Source of the DNA: an uncultured PS1 clade bacterium | GTDB taxonomy: Bacteria > Pseudomonadota > Alphaproteobacteria > MED-G09 | Direction: 5' to 3' | DNA: 64,000 nt | Assembly (NCBI GenBank): GCA_902537725.1 | Contig: CACBCD010000001.1 | Span: 79,158-143,157 of the forward strand | Shown here: positions 38,266 to 48,692 of the stretch, piece by piece | Layout: each line of letters starts with the position of its first letter | Numbering within the stretch: the first letter of the stretch is position 1 | The notes under the pieces: generated by a model | The model's input: only the letters and a program-made list of their open reading frames with translations | Databases searched by the model: none | What the model was told of the DNA's origin: nothing | Position numbers and translations under genes: made by a program

Positions 38266-40083
38266 ATGATAAAAATAATAACAAAATTTTATATTATTTT
38301 TTTATTGATTACACTTTCAGCCTGTGAAACATCACAATCAATAAATCTAGATACAAGTAAAAATAAAGTTTCAATTGAAACACTAAGAATAACCAACAAT
38401 GCTGAAATTATAGGTACAGTAGACTCTTTAGGCGTATATAAGTGGCTTGGAATTCCCTATGCTGAAAAACCTATTAATAATTTTAGGTGGAGAGCAACTC
38501 GAGAGCTAAAAAATTATGATAAAAAATATGAAGCTGTATCTTTCGCTGAGCCATGTGTTCAATTTCAGTCTTCTCTAACAAATAATGGACTTGTTAAGCC
38601 GGGGGCAGTTGTAGGTTCAGAGGATTGTTTATATTTGAATATTTATTCTCCAGCATTTTCTAAAAATTCTATATTAAATGATAATATTAAATTACCTGTA
38701 ATGGTATGGATACATGGTGGAGGTAATACAACCGGAATGCCTTCTGAGTATAATCCTGAAGTATTTGTTAGATCAGAAGAAATAATTTTTGTTAGTATTG
38801 CTTACAGATTAGGAATTTTTGGTTGGTTATCTCATCCTGAATTAAGGGAACAAGAAGGTGAGGACTCTTCCTCTAATTTTGGTCTTTTAGACCAAATTAT
38901 GGCTCTCAAATGGATTAAAGAAAATATACAATTTTTTGGAGGCGATCCAAATAACATAACAATTTTTGGTGAAAGCGCTGGGGGTCAAAATGTTATAGCC
39001 CTCTATTCATCTCCCTTATCGAGAGGTTTGTTTGATAAAGCAATTTCTCAGTCAGGAGGAACTACTGTCACATCTACTAATGATGCTGAGAAAATTAATC
39101 GCAATGCTACTGATTATATTAGTAATTATAAGAATAGGCATGTAACTACAGAAGAGTGGGTAAATGTTTTATTTAAAAAAGATTTTATCTCTTCTAAATT
39201 TGGTGAAAAAGATAATTTGTCAGATTTAAAATCTCTCGACTCATTATCTCTTATGAGTGGAATTGATAAAGGAGAGTTTTGGAGCACGCAAAAGGATTTG
39301 GCAAGAATAATTGCTGACGATATCGTAATTCCCAAGGAAGGAATTTTAGAAACATTAGGTAATGCAAATAAACATGCAAACGTTCCAATTATCCTAGGTA
39401 TTAATAAGGATGAAAATAAATTATTTAATTTTTTTAATAAAGATCTAGTTAGAAACTTTTTTAATAGATTTTTTATAGTAAATGATCCTTTTTACTATGA
39501 TCTTTTGTCCGATTATCAAAGTCTTGCCTGGCGTTCAAATGGGTTGGATACGCCAGCTGATATGATAGAAAAAAGTGGCCAAGAAAATATATATACCTAT
39601 AGATTTGATTGGGATGAAGAACCAAAAATCCTGGGAATGGATTTTTCTTTATTATTAGGGGCGGCCCACGCATTTGAAATACCGTTTATAATGGGAGATT
39701 TTGATTTAGGTAATCAAACTTCCTTAATTTACGATAAAAATAAAATTCAAGAACGTGATATTCTCTCTTATAGTATGATGCAGTATTGGTCAGAATTCGC
39801 AAAAACTGGAGATCCAAATAAAGGTAGTAAGAAAAATTTAGAACGTTGGAATAAATGGAAATCATATGATGGTAACTCTCAAATTATGGTCTTAGATACT
39901 ATTTCCTCAGGAGGTGTTAGAATGACCGAGAGCTATGTTCCTATTGAAGCTCTTGTTGAGGTTTTTAATAATGATCCAAGATCTGAAAAAATAAAAGATA
40001 AATGTGCTTTTTTGGAGATTGCTTTTTCGTGGGTTGACAATTGGAAAGAAAAGAACAATTCGTGTATGGATTATGAAGGTTAA
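38266..40083 (+). CDS. Type-B carboxylesterase lipoprotein
   Basis: 605 aa. Lipobox LTLSAC, nucleophile FGESAGG, WIHGGG oxyanion region. Confidence 0.8.
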   Translation: MIKIITKFYIIFLLITLSACETSQSINLDTSKNKVSIETLRITNNAEIIGTVDSLGVYKWLGIPYAEKPINNFRWRATRELKNYDKKYEAVSFAEPCVQFQSSLTNNGLVKPGAVVGSEDCLYLNIYSPAFSKNSILNDNIKLPVMVWIHGGGNTTGMPSEYNPEVFVRSEEIIFVSIAYRLGIFGWLSHPELREQEGEDSSSNFGLLDQIMALKWIKENIQFFGGDPNNITIFGESAGGQNVIALYSSPLSRGLFDKAISQSGGTTVTSTNDAEKINRNATDYISNYKNRHVTTEEWVNVLFKKDFISSKFGEKDNLSDLKSLDSLSLMSGIDKGEFWSTQKDLARIIADDIVIPKEGILETLGNANKHANVPIILGINKDENKLFNFFNKDLVRNFFNRFFIVNDPFYYDLLSDYQSLAWRSNGLDTPADMIEKSGQENIYTYRFDWDEEPKILGMDFSLLLGAAHAFEIPFIMGDFDLGNQTSLIYDKNKIQERDILSYSMMQYWSEFAKTGDPNKGSKKNLERWNKWKSYDGNSQIMVLDTISSGGVRMTESYVPIEALVEVFNNDPRSEKIKDKCAFLEIAFSWVDNWKEKNNSCMDYEG

Positions 40084-41071
40084 TAAAAAATATAATTGTC
40101 TGTTTATCGGAAATGCAATAGTTGATGTTGTATCGGAAGTGTCATTTGATTTTTTGGAAAAACAAAAAATTGACGTTGGTTCATGGAGACCAGTTTCAAT
40201 AAATGAAATTAACGAATTACAAGAAAAAATGAGTAATATTATAATCGCATCTGGCGGATCAGCTGCTAATTCTGCTGTTGGCTTTTCACTACTGGGTGGA
40301 AGAAGTGCTTTTATAGGTAGAGTCAAAAGTGATGATTTTGGATCACTTTATATAAATGATCTTAAAGAAGCAAATGTAGATTTTATATCTAATTCAGTTG
40401 ATACAGGTAATGAAACAGGGAGATGCCTTGTATATGTATCACCTGATGCGCAACGATCAATGAGAACATATTTAGGCGCGGCATCAAATTTATCTCCAGA
40501 AAATTTAGATATTAATGCATTTGAGAACTCAGAAATTGTTTATATGGAAGGCTATCTTTGGGACGAGCCTGTTGCAAAAGAAGCTTATAAAAAAGCATTT
40601 GATTTGTCCAAAAAATTAGAAATTAAATCTGCACTAAGTTTATCTGATAAATTTTGTGTAGAAAAATGGAGAGATGAATTTAGAAATCTATCTGAAAATA
40701 CAGATATCGTTTTCGGTAATGAGGAAGAAATAATGTCTTTGTATGATACAAATATTTTGTCAAATGCAATTGCCGCGGCATCAAATGAATTGAACTTATG
40801 TATAATTACTCGAGGTGAGAAAGGATCAATAATTATTTCATCTGATGGAGTTGAGGAAATTCCATCATATACTTGCGAAAATGTAATTGATACAACTGGT
40901 GCTGGAGATTTATTTGCTGCAGGGTTTCTATATGGCATAAGTATAGATTTAAGGTTGTATGAATGCGCAAAGCTTGGCTCCTTCTGCGCATCAAATGTAA
41001 TAAATCTTTTTGGGCCAAGGCCAAATAAAAATTTATTAGAATTAGTAAAAAATGAAGGTTTGTTGATATAA
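40073..41071 (+). CDS. PfkB-family carbohydrate/adenosine kinase
   Basis: DTTGAGDLFAAGFLYG signature. I prefer ATG 40073 (MKVNKKYNCLFIGNAIVD) over the GTG at 40004. Overlaps the esterase stop by 11 nt. Confidence 0.75.
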   Translation: MKVNKKYNCLFIGNAIVDVVSEVSFDFLEKQKIDVGSWRPVSINEINELQEKMSNIIIASGGSAANSAVGFSLLGGRSAFIGRVKSDDFGSLYINDLKEANVDFISNSVDTGNETGRCLVYVSPDAQRSMRTYLGAASNLSPENLDINAFENSEIVYMEGYLWDEPVAKEAYKKAFDLSKKLEIKSALSLSDKFCVEKWRDEFRNLSENTDIVFGNEEEIMSLYDTNILSNAIAAASNELNLCIITRGEKGSIIISSDGVEEIPSYTCENVIDTTGAGDLFAAGFLYGISIDLRLYECAKLGSFCASNVINLFGPRPNKNLLELVKNEGLLI

Positions 41072-41096
41072 CTTTTTTTGTTAGTATGGAATTATT

Positions 41097-41723
41097 ATGA
41101 ATTTAAGATCACTTTTAATTGATGAAGATAAGGCTCTACCCGGAAGAGATGAAAGTATTAAAATTTCCTCCAATCATTTTGTAAATGATAATAGAATATT
41201 AGAGCCCTTTCCAGATGGTGTTCGTTTCGCAGATTTTGGTTTAGGTTGCTTTTGGGGAGCCGAAAGAATTTTTTGGTCTAAACAGGGGGTTTATTCAACG
41301 GCTGTAGGTTATATGGGTGGTTATACCAAGAACCCAACTTACGAAGAAGTTTGTTCTGGATTAACTGGTCATACCGAAGTTGTAAGAGTTTTCTTTAACC
41401 CCTCGGAGCTCTCTTATAAGTCTTTATTACAATCCTTCTGGGAGTCTCATAATCCTACTCAAGGTATGAGGCAAGGTAATGATATGGGAACGCAATATCG
41501 TTCAGCTATATATACCCATGACAATCTTCAAGAAGATTTAGCCTTAGAGAGTAAAGAAATATATCAAAAGACTCTTTTGGAAAATTCATACGGGATGATA
41601 ACGACTGAAATTAGAAATGAGAATAATTTTTATTATGCTGAAGAGTATCATCAGCAATACCTTGCAAAAAACCCTAATGGCTACTGTGGAATAGGTGGAT
41701 TAGGTATATCTTGCAAAATTTAA
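41097..41723 (+). CDS. msrA: Peptide methionine (S)-sulfoxide reductase
   Basis: 208 aa. GLGCFWGAE active-site motif. Confidence 0.9.
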   Translation: MNLRSLLIDEDKALPGRDESIKISSNHFVNDNRILEPFPDGVRFADFGLGCFWGAERIFWSKQGVYSTAVGYMGGYTKNPTYEEVCSGLTGHTEVVRVFFNPSELSYKSLLQSFWESHNPTQGMRQGNDMGTQYRSAIYTHDNLQEDLALESKEIYQKTLLENSYGMITTEIRNENNFYYAEEYHQQYLAKNPNGYCGIGGLGISCKI

Positions 41724-42100
41724 TCTTTGTGGTGGTGAGATTTTAGATCTTTTTCAATATCTTCATGATCACCGATTACAACATGATGTTTACTTTTAAT
41801 AACTACTTTTTCTAATAATGGTATTAAAAGAAGCGGAAGAAGTCCTCCAATAACAATTCCTAATGCAGCAGGACGCATGCTGGAGTCTATTAAGGCAGCT
41901 ATAAGATCAGCTAAAACATGAGCAATTCCAGCACCTATGATACCTGCAATGTATCCATTTGAGAGAATTTTAAGTAATCTATTTATACTGAAACCAGTAT
42001 AGTAACCAATTAACATGATACTTACATGAATAATTCCGAAAACAAATCCTCTGGATAATTGACTATCAACTCCAAATAGATCAATAATTAAATCATCCAT
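41720..42100 (-). CDS. Small polytopic membrane protein with His-rich C-terminal tail
   Basis: 126 aa, 3-4 hydrophobic segments, tail [25 protein letters not shown]. 23 nt downstream of the TonB-dependent receptor gene. Confidence 0.55.
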   Translation of the reverse strand: MDDLIIDLFGVDSQLSRGFVFGIIHVSIMLIGYYTGFSINRLLKILSNGYIAGIIGAGIAHVLADLIAALIDSSMRPAALGIVIGGLLPLLLIPLLEKVVIKSKHHVVIGDHEDIEKDLKSHHHKD

Positions 42101-42123
42101 ATTTTATTATCCTATTTAAGATC

Positions 42124-44163
42124 TTAAAATTGTTGTTCTAAAGATAGATAAAACTCTCTCTCATTGCCAACAAAATATCTATAACTTCCAAAGGCATAAT
42201 CAGCTCTTGTAGCATAACGTTCATCTGATAAATTTCTTACAGTTAATCCTATTGATGTATTGCTTGTAAGATCCCCTTTTAATCTTAAATTAAAAATATC
42301 ATGTCCCTCGTAAGTATGAGCATTACTTTCATTAATTGGATAGTCTCCAACTCTAATCCATTCTAATTCAAATTTTCCACCGCTTGAGGTAAGATAGGCA
42401 AATCTAGTATTCGCAAGTTCTTTAGGTGCTGAGTCAATTGTATTGCCTTTTACAATTTTGTTTGGACTGTGATTGAAGTCATATTCATGGTCAGCAAAAC
42501 TTAATGAGCCAGAAATTTCAAAATTATCTCCAAAGGCTTTATAATAATTAAATTCTATTCCGTTATGTTTTGTAACTCCATTTTCCACATTAAAACCTTG
42601 GGAGTCTCTAAAGAAATAGTTTTCTTTTTGCATTGCGTAACCAACTATTTCATATTCTAATCCAATATTAGATACACCTCTAAAGCCTATTTCAAAACTT
42701 TCTAATTCTTCAGAATCAGCTCCCCCAGGAACTTGTTTACTTTGAATTCGATACAGGTCGGTAACTTGTGGCGCTCTATTGCCAATTGATAAGTTTGCAA
42801 ATAAAAAATTATTTTCTCTAAGCATATAAGAAAGTGAAGTTTTTACTGAAATATCAGTAAAATCGTCACTCCTATTTGGGCTAACTTGAATTCTTCCTTT
42901 TGTGCCACTTGGGATATTTGTTTTGTAATCATATTCTACATTTTCTGCTCTAACACCAGCGGTAAAAATAGTTTTTTCATTAAGGAACCACTCAGTATTA
43001 AAATATAAAGATAGTATTCTACTATCGATTGAAAAATCATAATGTGGCCCTTGTGGATAGGCCAATCTTGGACCAAAGGATACATCTTTAGACTCTTGAA
43101 ACTCTGACAATTTACCCTCTGTAAATTCTATATCGCTTCCAATAAACCATGTTAAATTTTGTACTTTTTTAGTATAAAGGCTTTGAACTCCAATACTCTT
43201 ATGAGAGTTAGTCTCTAGAGGTTTTCCAGGTAAAAAGTGCATTTTAAAATCCATTTCATTATAGCGAATATATGGATTAATTGTTAATTTTGAGTTTGAG
43301 TAGTTTTTGATAATTTTAAGCGACGATCTTATGCTGTATGTATCCCTAAATGCTTCAGGATCAGGATTAATTTTGCTTAAATTTTTATCGTTATATATTT
43401 TATATCCTTTTACATATCCCTTTGTTTCTTGATTAAGATTTGTACCCATTATTGTAAAGATATAGTCATTTATTCCTTTAGAGTTATCCCAACGGAATAG
43501 AAATTTTTGTTGGCCATAATGCGGTTGATCATTTGATTTTTCGTGACTGTATCCGTTATCTTCTCTCCATAGGAAATTTAAAACAACACCACCATTTTCT
43601 GTAGGTCCAGAAAAGCCAGTATCGATAATAAATTCCTGATCTGAAAATTGTGTTTTCAGAGATCCTTGTCTTTCCTTACTTGGGGTAGGGGTTATTACAT
43701 TAACTAAGCCATGTACAGCATTGGAGCCATACAAAGTAGAGCCTGGTCCTCTAACAACTTCAGCTCTATCTCCAATTTCAATAATTGACTCCATTAATCC
43801 ATTTACATTTCCAAAACCTGGGGATCTAAGGGGGATACCATCCTCTAAATATAAAAAACTTCCAGCACCTGCTCCTCCAGATAATACTGGTGATCTAATA
43901 GAGGTAAGATGTTCTTGACCACTTCCCTGACTTATATATACAGCAGGGAGTCTGTTTAAAATTTCGCTAGGATTAATTGCGCTTATAAATTTTATTTCAT
44001 CAGTGCTAATTGAGGAAATATTACCTCCAACTTTTAAAATTTGTTCATTTTCTTTTGACGATGTTACAATAATTTCATCAACTAACTTTGCATTAGCAAA
44101 GAAATTAAATTGTATTAATGGTACGAAAAATAAAATTAAGAAAAATTTAATTGTCTTAGTCAT
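42124..44163 (-). CDS. TonB-dependent outer-membrane receptor
   Basis: 679 aa. Signal peptide, plug-domain motifs (VVRGPGSTLYGSNAVHGLVNVIT), C-terminal YLSLEQQF. Confidence 0.85.
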   Translation of the reverse strand: MTKTIKFFLILFFVPLIQFNFFANAKLVDEIIVTSSKENEQILKVGGNISSISTDEIKFISAINPSEILNRLPAVYISQGSGQEHLTSIRSPVLSGGAGAGSFLYLEDGIPLRSPGFGNVNGLMESIIEIGDRAEVVRGPGSTLYGSNAVHGLVNVITPTPSKERQGSLKTQFSDQEFIIDTGFSGPTENGGVVLNFLWREDNGYSHEKSNDQPHYGQQKFLFRWDNSKGINDYIFTIMGTNLNQETKGYVKGYKIYNDKNLSKINPDPEAFRDTYSIRSSLKIIKNYSNSKLTINPYIRYNEMDFKMHFLPGKPLETNSHKSIGVQSLYTKKVQNLTWFIGSDIEFTEGKLSEFQESKDVSFGPRLAYPQGPHYDFSIDSRILSLYFNTEWFLNEKTIFTAGVRAENVEYDYKTNIPSGTKGRIQVSPNRSDDFTDISVKTSLSYMLRENNFLFANLSIGNRAPQVTDLYRIQSKQVPGGADSEELESFEIGFRGVSNIGLEYEIVGYAMQKENYFFRDSQGFNVENGVTKHNGIEFNYYKAFGDNFEISGSLSFADHEYDFNHSPNKIVKGNTIDSAPKELANTRFAYLTSSGGKFELEWIRVGDYPINESNAHTYEGHDIFNLRLKGDLTSNTSIGLTVRNLSDERYATRADYAFGSYRYFVGNEREFYLSLEQQF

Positions 44164-44209
44164 CTTCTCTCTTTCTATATAAAATATATTATTGTTATTA
44201 GATTATTGA

Positions 44210-45160
44210 TTAGTTTTTTATTACTTTTATTAAATCATGAAAATGGACAAACCCTAATGGTTTTTTTTCATTATTTGTAATAAATAACCCTTGAACACCC
44301 TGTTTATTAATTAACTCTAATGCTTCTGAAACTAAAAGTTCTTTTGGAATACTTATAGGATTTTTTGTCATAATTTCTTCAACATTTTTATTAAGCATTT
44401 CAGGACCCATATGCCTTCTCAAATCTCCATCGGTTATTATCCCAATAAGTTTTTCTTCTAATATTATGCCTATGCAACCGAAACCTTTTTCAGATATCTT
44501 TATTATAGCTTCAGACATTTTAGATCCCTTATTAAGCACAGGGATTTCATCATCAATGTGCATAATATCACTTACTTTTGCTAGAATCGCTCCCAAACTT
44601 CCACCAGGGTGAAGTGAACGGAAATTATCTTTATCAAAGTCTCTTATGTTTAAAAGAGAAATTGCAAGTGCATCTCCAACTATTAACTGCATTGTTGTTG
44701 ATGTTGTTGGGGCAAGACCATTTGGACAAGCCTCTTTTGCGTTTGGTAGATTAAGAGCTATATCCGATGATTTTGCCAAATGACTATTTTTATTTGAAGA
44801 TAATCCTATTAGCTTATTTTTATTTTCATGAGCAAATCTAACAATATCGCCTAACTCAGTTGTTTCTCCTGACCATGAAATAGCTAAAATGACATCATTT
44901 TTTTCTATCATACCCATATCACCATGGCTGGCTTCAGTTGGATGAATGAAAAAGGATGGGGTTCCTGTCGATGATAGTGTTGCAGATATTTTTCTTCCAA
45001 CATGACCTGACTTTCCAACACCAGAAACTACAACCTTACCATTTGAATCAAAAATCGTTTTAACCGCATCTTCAAAATTTGAGTCGAAGAATTTTTTTAG
45101 CAAATTGATCCCATCAATTTCATCATTAAGTACTTGAAGCGCTGTTTCAATAATTTTCAT
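44210..45160 (-). CDS. kpsF: Arabinose-5-phosphate isomerase (SIS plus CBS pair)
   Basis: 316 aa. GVGKSGHVGRKI SIS motif and C-terminal CBS pair. Confidence 0.85.
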   Translation of the reverse strand: MKIIETALQVLNDEIDGINLLKKFFDSNFEDAVKTIFDSNGKVVVSGVGKSGHVGRKISATLSSTGTPSFFIHPTEASHGDMGMIEKNDVILAISWSGETTELGDIVRFAHENKNKLIGLSSNKNSHLAKSSDIALNLPNAKEACPNGLAPTTSTTMQLIVGDALAISLLNIRDFDKDNFRSLHPGGSLGAILAKVSDIMHIDDEIPVLNKGSKMSEAIIKISEKGFGCIGIILEEKLIGIITDGDLRRHMGPEMLNKNVEEIMTKNPISIPKELLVSEALELINKQGVQGLFITNNEKKPLGFVHFHDLIKVIKN

Positions 45161-46479
45161 TCTACTTCCTTATGAGAATTTATAGTCTCTCTTCCAATGG
45201 AGTGATATTCAATATTTAACTTTTTAAAACTATCAAGAGAAAAAAGATTTCTAAAATCTATTATAATTGGTTGAGTCATAATATCGCTTATTTTTTTTAA
45301 ATCCATACTTATAATCTCGCTCCATTCTGTGAGTATAACTAAACAGTCAGATTTTTTTGCAACAGAATATATGTCAGACTCCCAATTAGCTTCTTCAAAT
45401 TCTTTAATACCATCTCTACTCGCTTGAGGATCATAGATTGAAACATTAAATCCTTTATTAATTAAATCTGGTATAATTGATAAGCTTGGTGCCTCTCTTA
45501 TATCATCTGTATTAGCTTTATATGTAACACCTAAGACACCAATATTTTTTCTATTTTTTGCTACTTCAATTATCCTCTTTGACAAGTTTTCTTTTCTCTT
45601 TTCATTTCCATCAATTACAGCTTTAAGTAGATTTTGAGGGGCATTATAGCTTTTACCAGACTCTACTAAAGCTCTAGCATCTTTAGGAAAACAGGATCCT
45701 CCAAAACCTGGACCAGCATTTAAAAAATCAGGACCTATTCTTTTATCTAAACCAATTCCAAGTGAAATATCTTCAACATTTGCTCCAACCTTTTCACATA
45801 GATCTGCTATTTCATTTATAAAAATAATCCTCATCGCTAGCATTGAATTACTCGCATATTTAATCAGTTCAGAAGATCTTCTTGTAGTGAAAATTACCGG
45901 GAAATTATTTTTTATTTGTTTTTTATATATTGAATTTAAAGTCGATATTGAATTTTTTTCCTTTGTGCCAATAATAATTCTATCAGGGTTTTCAAAATCA
46001 AAAATAGCAGACCCCTCCCTTAAAAATTCTGGATTTGAGACTACATCAAAATTAATAGATGGATTACTCAAATTAATTATCTCTTCAATTTTATCGCATG
46101 TGCCTACTGGTACAGTTGATTTCAAAATAACTATGGTATTATTTTTTATATTCTTTGCTATTTCTTCAGCACAAGAATAAACTTGAGATAAATCAGCACT
46201 ATCATTCTCTTTATTAGTTGGTGTTCCTACAGCTATAAAAATAACATCAGTATTTTTAACTGTTTCACTAATATTACTTGAAAATGTAAGCGAACTACTT
46301 GCTACTTTTTCTTTAATTAAGCCCTCTAAACCAGGTTCATAAATTGGTATTATTCCATTTCTTAATTTATTAATTTTTTTTTCATCTATATCTAGACAGG
46401 TTACATGTTGATCTACATTTGCTAAACATGCTCCCGTAACAAGCCCTACATAACCAGATCCAATAATGCTTAATTTCAT
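45157..46479 (-). CDS. ugd: UDP-glucose 6-dehydrogenase
   Basis: MKLSIIGSGYVG Rossmann start, catalytic GGSCFPKD. I prefer ATG 46479 over the TTG at 46491. ATGA-type 4-nt overlap with kpsF. Confidence 0.85.
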   Translation of the reverse strand: MKLSIIGSGYVGLVTGACLANVDQHVTCLDIDEKKINKLRNGIIPIYEPGLEGLIKEKVASSSLTFSSNISETVKNTDVIFIAVGTPTNKENDSADLSQVYSCAEEIAKNIKNNTIVILKSTVPVGTCDKIEEIINLSNPSINFDVVSNPEFLREGSAIFDFENPDRIIIGTKEKNSISTLNSIYKKQIKNNFPVIFTTRRSSELIKYASNSMLAMRIIFINEIADLCEKVGANVEDISLGIGLDKRIGPDFLNAGPGFGGSCFPKDARALVESGKSYNAPQNLLKAVIDGNEKRKENLSKRIIEVAKNRKNIGVLGVTYKANTDDIREAPSLSIIPDLINKGFNVSIYDPQASRDGIKEFEEANWESDIYSVAKKSDCLVILTEWSEIISMDLKKISDIMTQPIIIDFRNLFSLDSFKKLNIEYHSIGRETINSHKEVE

Positions 46480-46541
46480 TTTCTTACCCAATTATTTGAT
46501 ATTGAAGAAAAGTAAATAATTATGACACCAAAATTTCATAA

Positions 46542-48617
46542 TTAATTAAAAATATTTATTTTCTCTTCAACAACTTTTTCTAAATAAGGGGATGGAGTAA
46601 AGTCACTTCCATGCTCTTTCTCCATTTCTTGTAGCCAAGATAATATTTTATCATATCCAATTAAATTACCATAAAACATTGGTCCTCCTTCATAGATTGG
46701 CCAGCCATATCCATTTATCCAAATTATATCTATATCACTTGCTCTAATTGCCATTCCTTCATCTAGAATTTTAAATCCTTCATTCACCATAGGATAAAGA
46801 CATCTTTGAAGGATTTCTTCTTTTTGTATTTCTCTTCTTTTAATTTGTTTACTATCGGCAAACTCCTGGATAATGTTCTCTACATCATTATCTGGTAGTT
46901 TATTTCTATTATCGTCATATATGTAAAAACCTTTTCCGGATTTTTGTCCAAATCTCTCATTTTCACATAGTATGTCTCTAATAGTTTCTCCTCTTGAGGT
47001 TTCTTTATCCCAGCCTATGTCTAGTCCTGCTAAGTCAGACATTGCAAAGGGCCCCATTGGAAAACCAAAATCAAATAAAGCATCATCAATTTCCCAGGGT
47101 AATGCACCTTCTAAAATAAGTTTATTAGCCTCTCTTTGCCTTTGAGCTAAAATTCTATTTCCAACAAAACCTGGGCAAACGCCAACAAGAGCTGCTGTCT
47201 TTCCAATATTTTTTGCTAAAGCCATAGATGTTGCGATGATTTGTTTAGATGTCTTTTCACCTCTTACAATCTCTAAAAGTTTCATAACGTTTGCAGGACT
47301 AAAGAAGTGAAGTCCAATAACATTTTCAGGTCTTTTAGTTGTTTCGGCAATTTCGTTTATATTAAGTGCTGATGTATTGGTTGCAAGGATTGCATTGTTT
47401 TTGGCAATTAAATCTAGTTTTGAAAAAATTTCTTTCTTTAAATCCATATTCTCAAAAACAGCCTCAATAATTAAATCCGTATCTGATAGAGAGTCAATAG
47501 ATATATTGCCACTAATACATTGCATCCTTTTTTCAACTTCCTCAAGAGTGATACGACCTTTCGAAGCAGTATTCTCATAATTTTTTCTTATTATACCTAT
47601 TCCTTTATCAAGTCTTTCTTGGTTTTGTTCAACAAGAGTTACAGGTATACCAACATTTGCAAAATTCATTGCAATACCTCCACCCATGGTTCCAGCACCA
47701 ATTATACCTACTTTTTTAATATCCAATAATTCAGTATCTTTTGGAATATCAGGAATTTTTGCAACTTGTCTTTGGGCAAAGAAAAAATATCTTTGCGCTG
47801 CTGATTGATTACCACTAATAAGTTTAATAAATAGATCTCTTTCAACCTTAATACCTTCATCAAAGGATTTATTTACTGCCGCTTCAATACATTGAATATT
47901 ATATTCTGGCGCCAGGAAACCTCTTGTTTTTCTCTCAATTGACTTTCTAAAATTTTTAAAAAGCTCATCATTACCTTTGGCAGCTTCTACCTTTTCATTT
48001 ATATCTCTTACTTTTTTTAAAGGTCTATTTTCAGAGATAATTTCTTTTGCAAAAGATACTGAGTGATTTAAGAGTTCGCTATCGTCAGCTAATTTATCAA
48101 TAAGGCCACATTTTAGACATTGCTCGGCAGGTAAATGTATTCCTGAAGTAACCATTTTTAGAGCTTGCTCTACTCCAACTAATCTAGGAAGTCTCTGCGT
48201 ACCACCTGCACCAGGTAATAAACCTAGATTTACCTCAGGTAGGCCACATTTTGCAGATTTTACAGCTATTCTATAATGACAAGTTAAGGCAACTTCTAGC
48301 CCACCACCTAATGCTGTTCCGTGTATAGCTGCAATTATTGGTTTTGGTGAATTTTCCATTATATCTTGAACTTCAAATAATGATGGACCTTTTGGCTCTT
48401 TACCAAACTCAGATATATCAGCTCCAGCTATAAAAGTTCTTCCTTCACAGATAATTACTATTGCCTCAATATTGTTGTTTTCTATTGCGATTTTCATACC
48501 ACTATCCAGGCCTTCTCTGACATTTGCGGATAAAGCATTTACAGGAGGAGAGTTTAAGGTAATAACTCCAACATTCTCAATTACCTCTAATTTTGTTACA
48601 TCATTGATAGCAGTCAT
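46542..48617 (-). CDS. fadB: Fatty-acid oxidation multifunctional enzyme (enoyl-CoA hydratase plus 3-hydroxyacyl-CoA dehydrogenase)
   Basis: N-terminal crotonase domain, IIGAGTMGGGIA NAD site. I prefer ATG 48617 (AAGGA SD) over the GTG at 48632. Confidence 0.85.
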   Translation of the reverse strand: MTAINDVTKLEVIENVGVITLNSPPVNALSANVREGLDSGMKIAIENNNIEAIVIICEGRTFIAGADISEFGKEPKGPSLFEVQDIMENSPKPIIAAIHGTALGGGLEVALTCHYRIAVKSAKCGLPEVNLGLLPGAGGTQRLPRLVGVEQALKMVTSGIHLPAEQCLKCGLIDKLADDSELLNHSVSFAKEIISENRPLKKVRDINEKVEAAKGNDELFKNFRKSIERKTRGFLAPEYNIQCIEAAVNKSFDEGIKVERDLFIKLISGNQSAAQRYFFFAQRQVAKIPDIPKDTELLDIKKVGIIGAGTMGGGIAMNFANVGIPVTLVEQNQERLDKGIGIIRKNYENTASKGRITLEEVEKRMQCISGNISIDSLSDTDLIIEAVFENMDLKKEIFSKLDLIAKNNAILATNTSALNINEIAETTKRPENVIGLHFFSPANVMKLLEIVRGEKTSKQIIATSMALAKNIGKTAALVGVCPGFVGNRILAQRQREANKLILEGALPWEIDDALFDFGFPMGPFAMSDLAGLDIGWDKETSRGETIRDILCENERFGQKSGKGFYIYDDNRNKLPDNDVENIIQEFADSKQIKRREIQKEEILQRCLYPMVNEGFKILDEGMAIRASDIDIIWINGYGWPIYEGGPMFYGNLIGYDKILSWLQEMEKEHGSDFTPSPYLEKVVEEKINIFN

Positions 48618-48692
48618 ATTTTTTCCTTTCACGTTAGGTAAATAAGTATATTCTACCTTAAATTTAAACGAAACTTAATTAAGGAGATTTTA

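Noticed and set aside
39907-40326. 139-aa minus-strand ORF spanning the esterase/kinase junction. Also 40585-40938, 40833-41024, 39126-39335 and 39473-39673.
   Set aside because: Antisense to genes carrying clear family signatures (FGESAGG, DTTGAGDLF).
44164-44209. Fur box upstream of the TonB-dependent receptor.
   Set aside because: The 46-nt spacer (aataatctaataacaataat on the coding strand) matches the Fur consensus poorly when aligned position by position.
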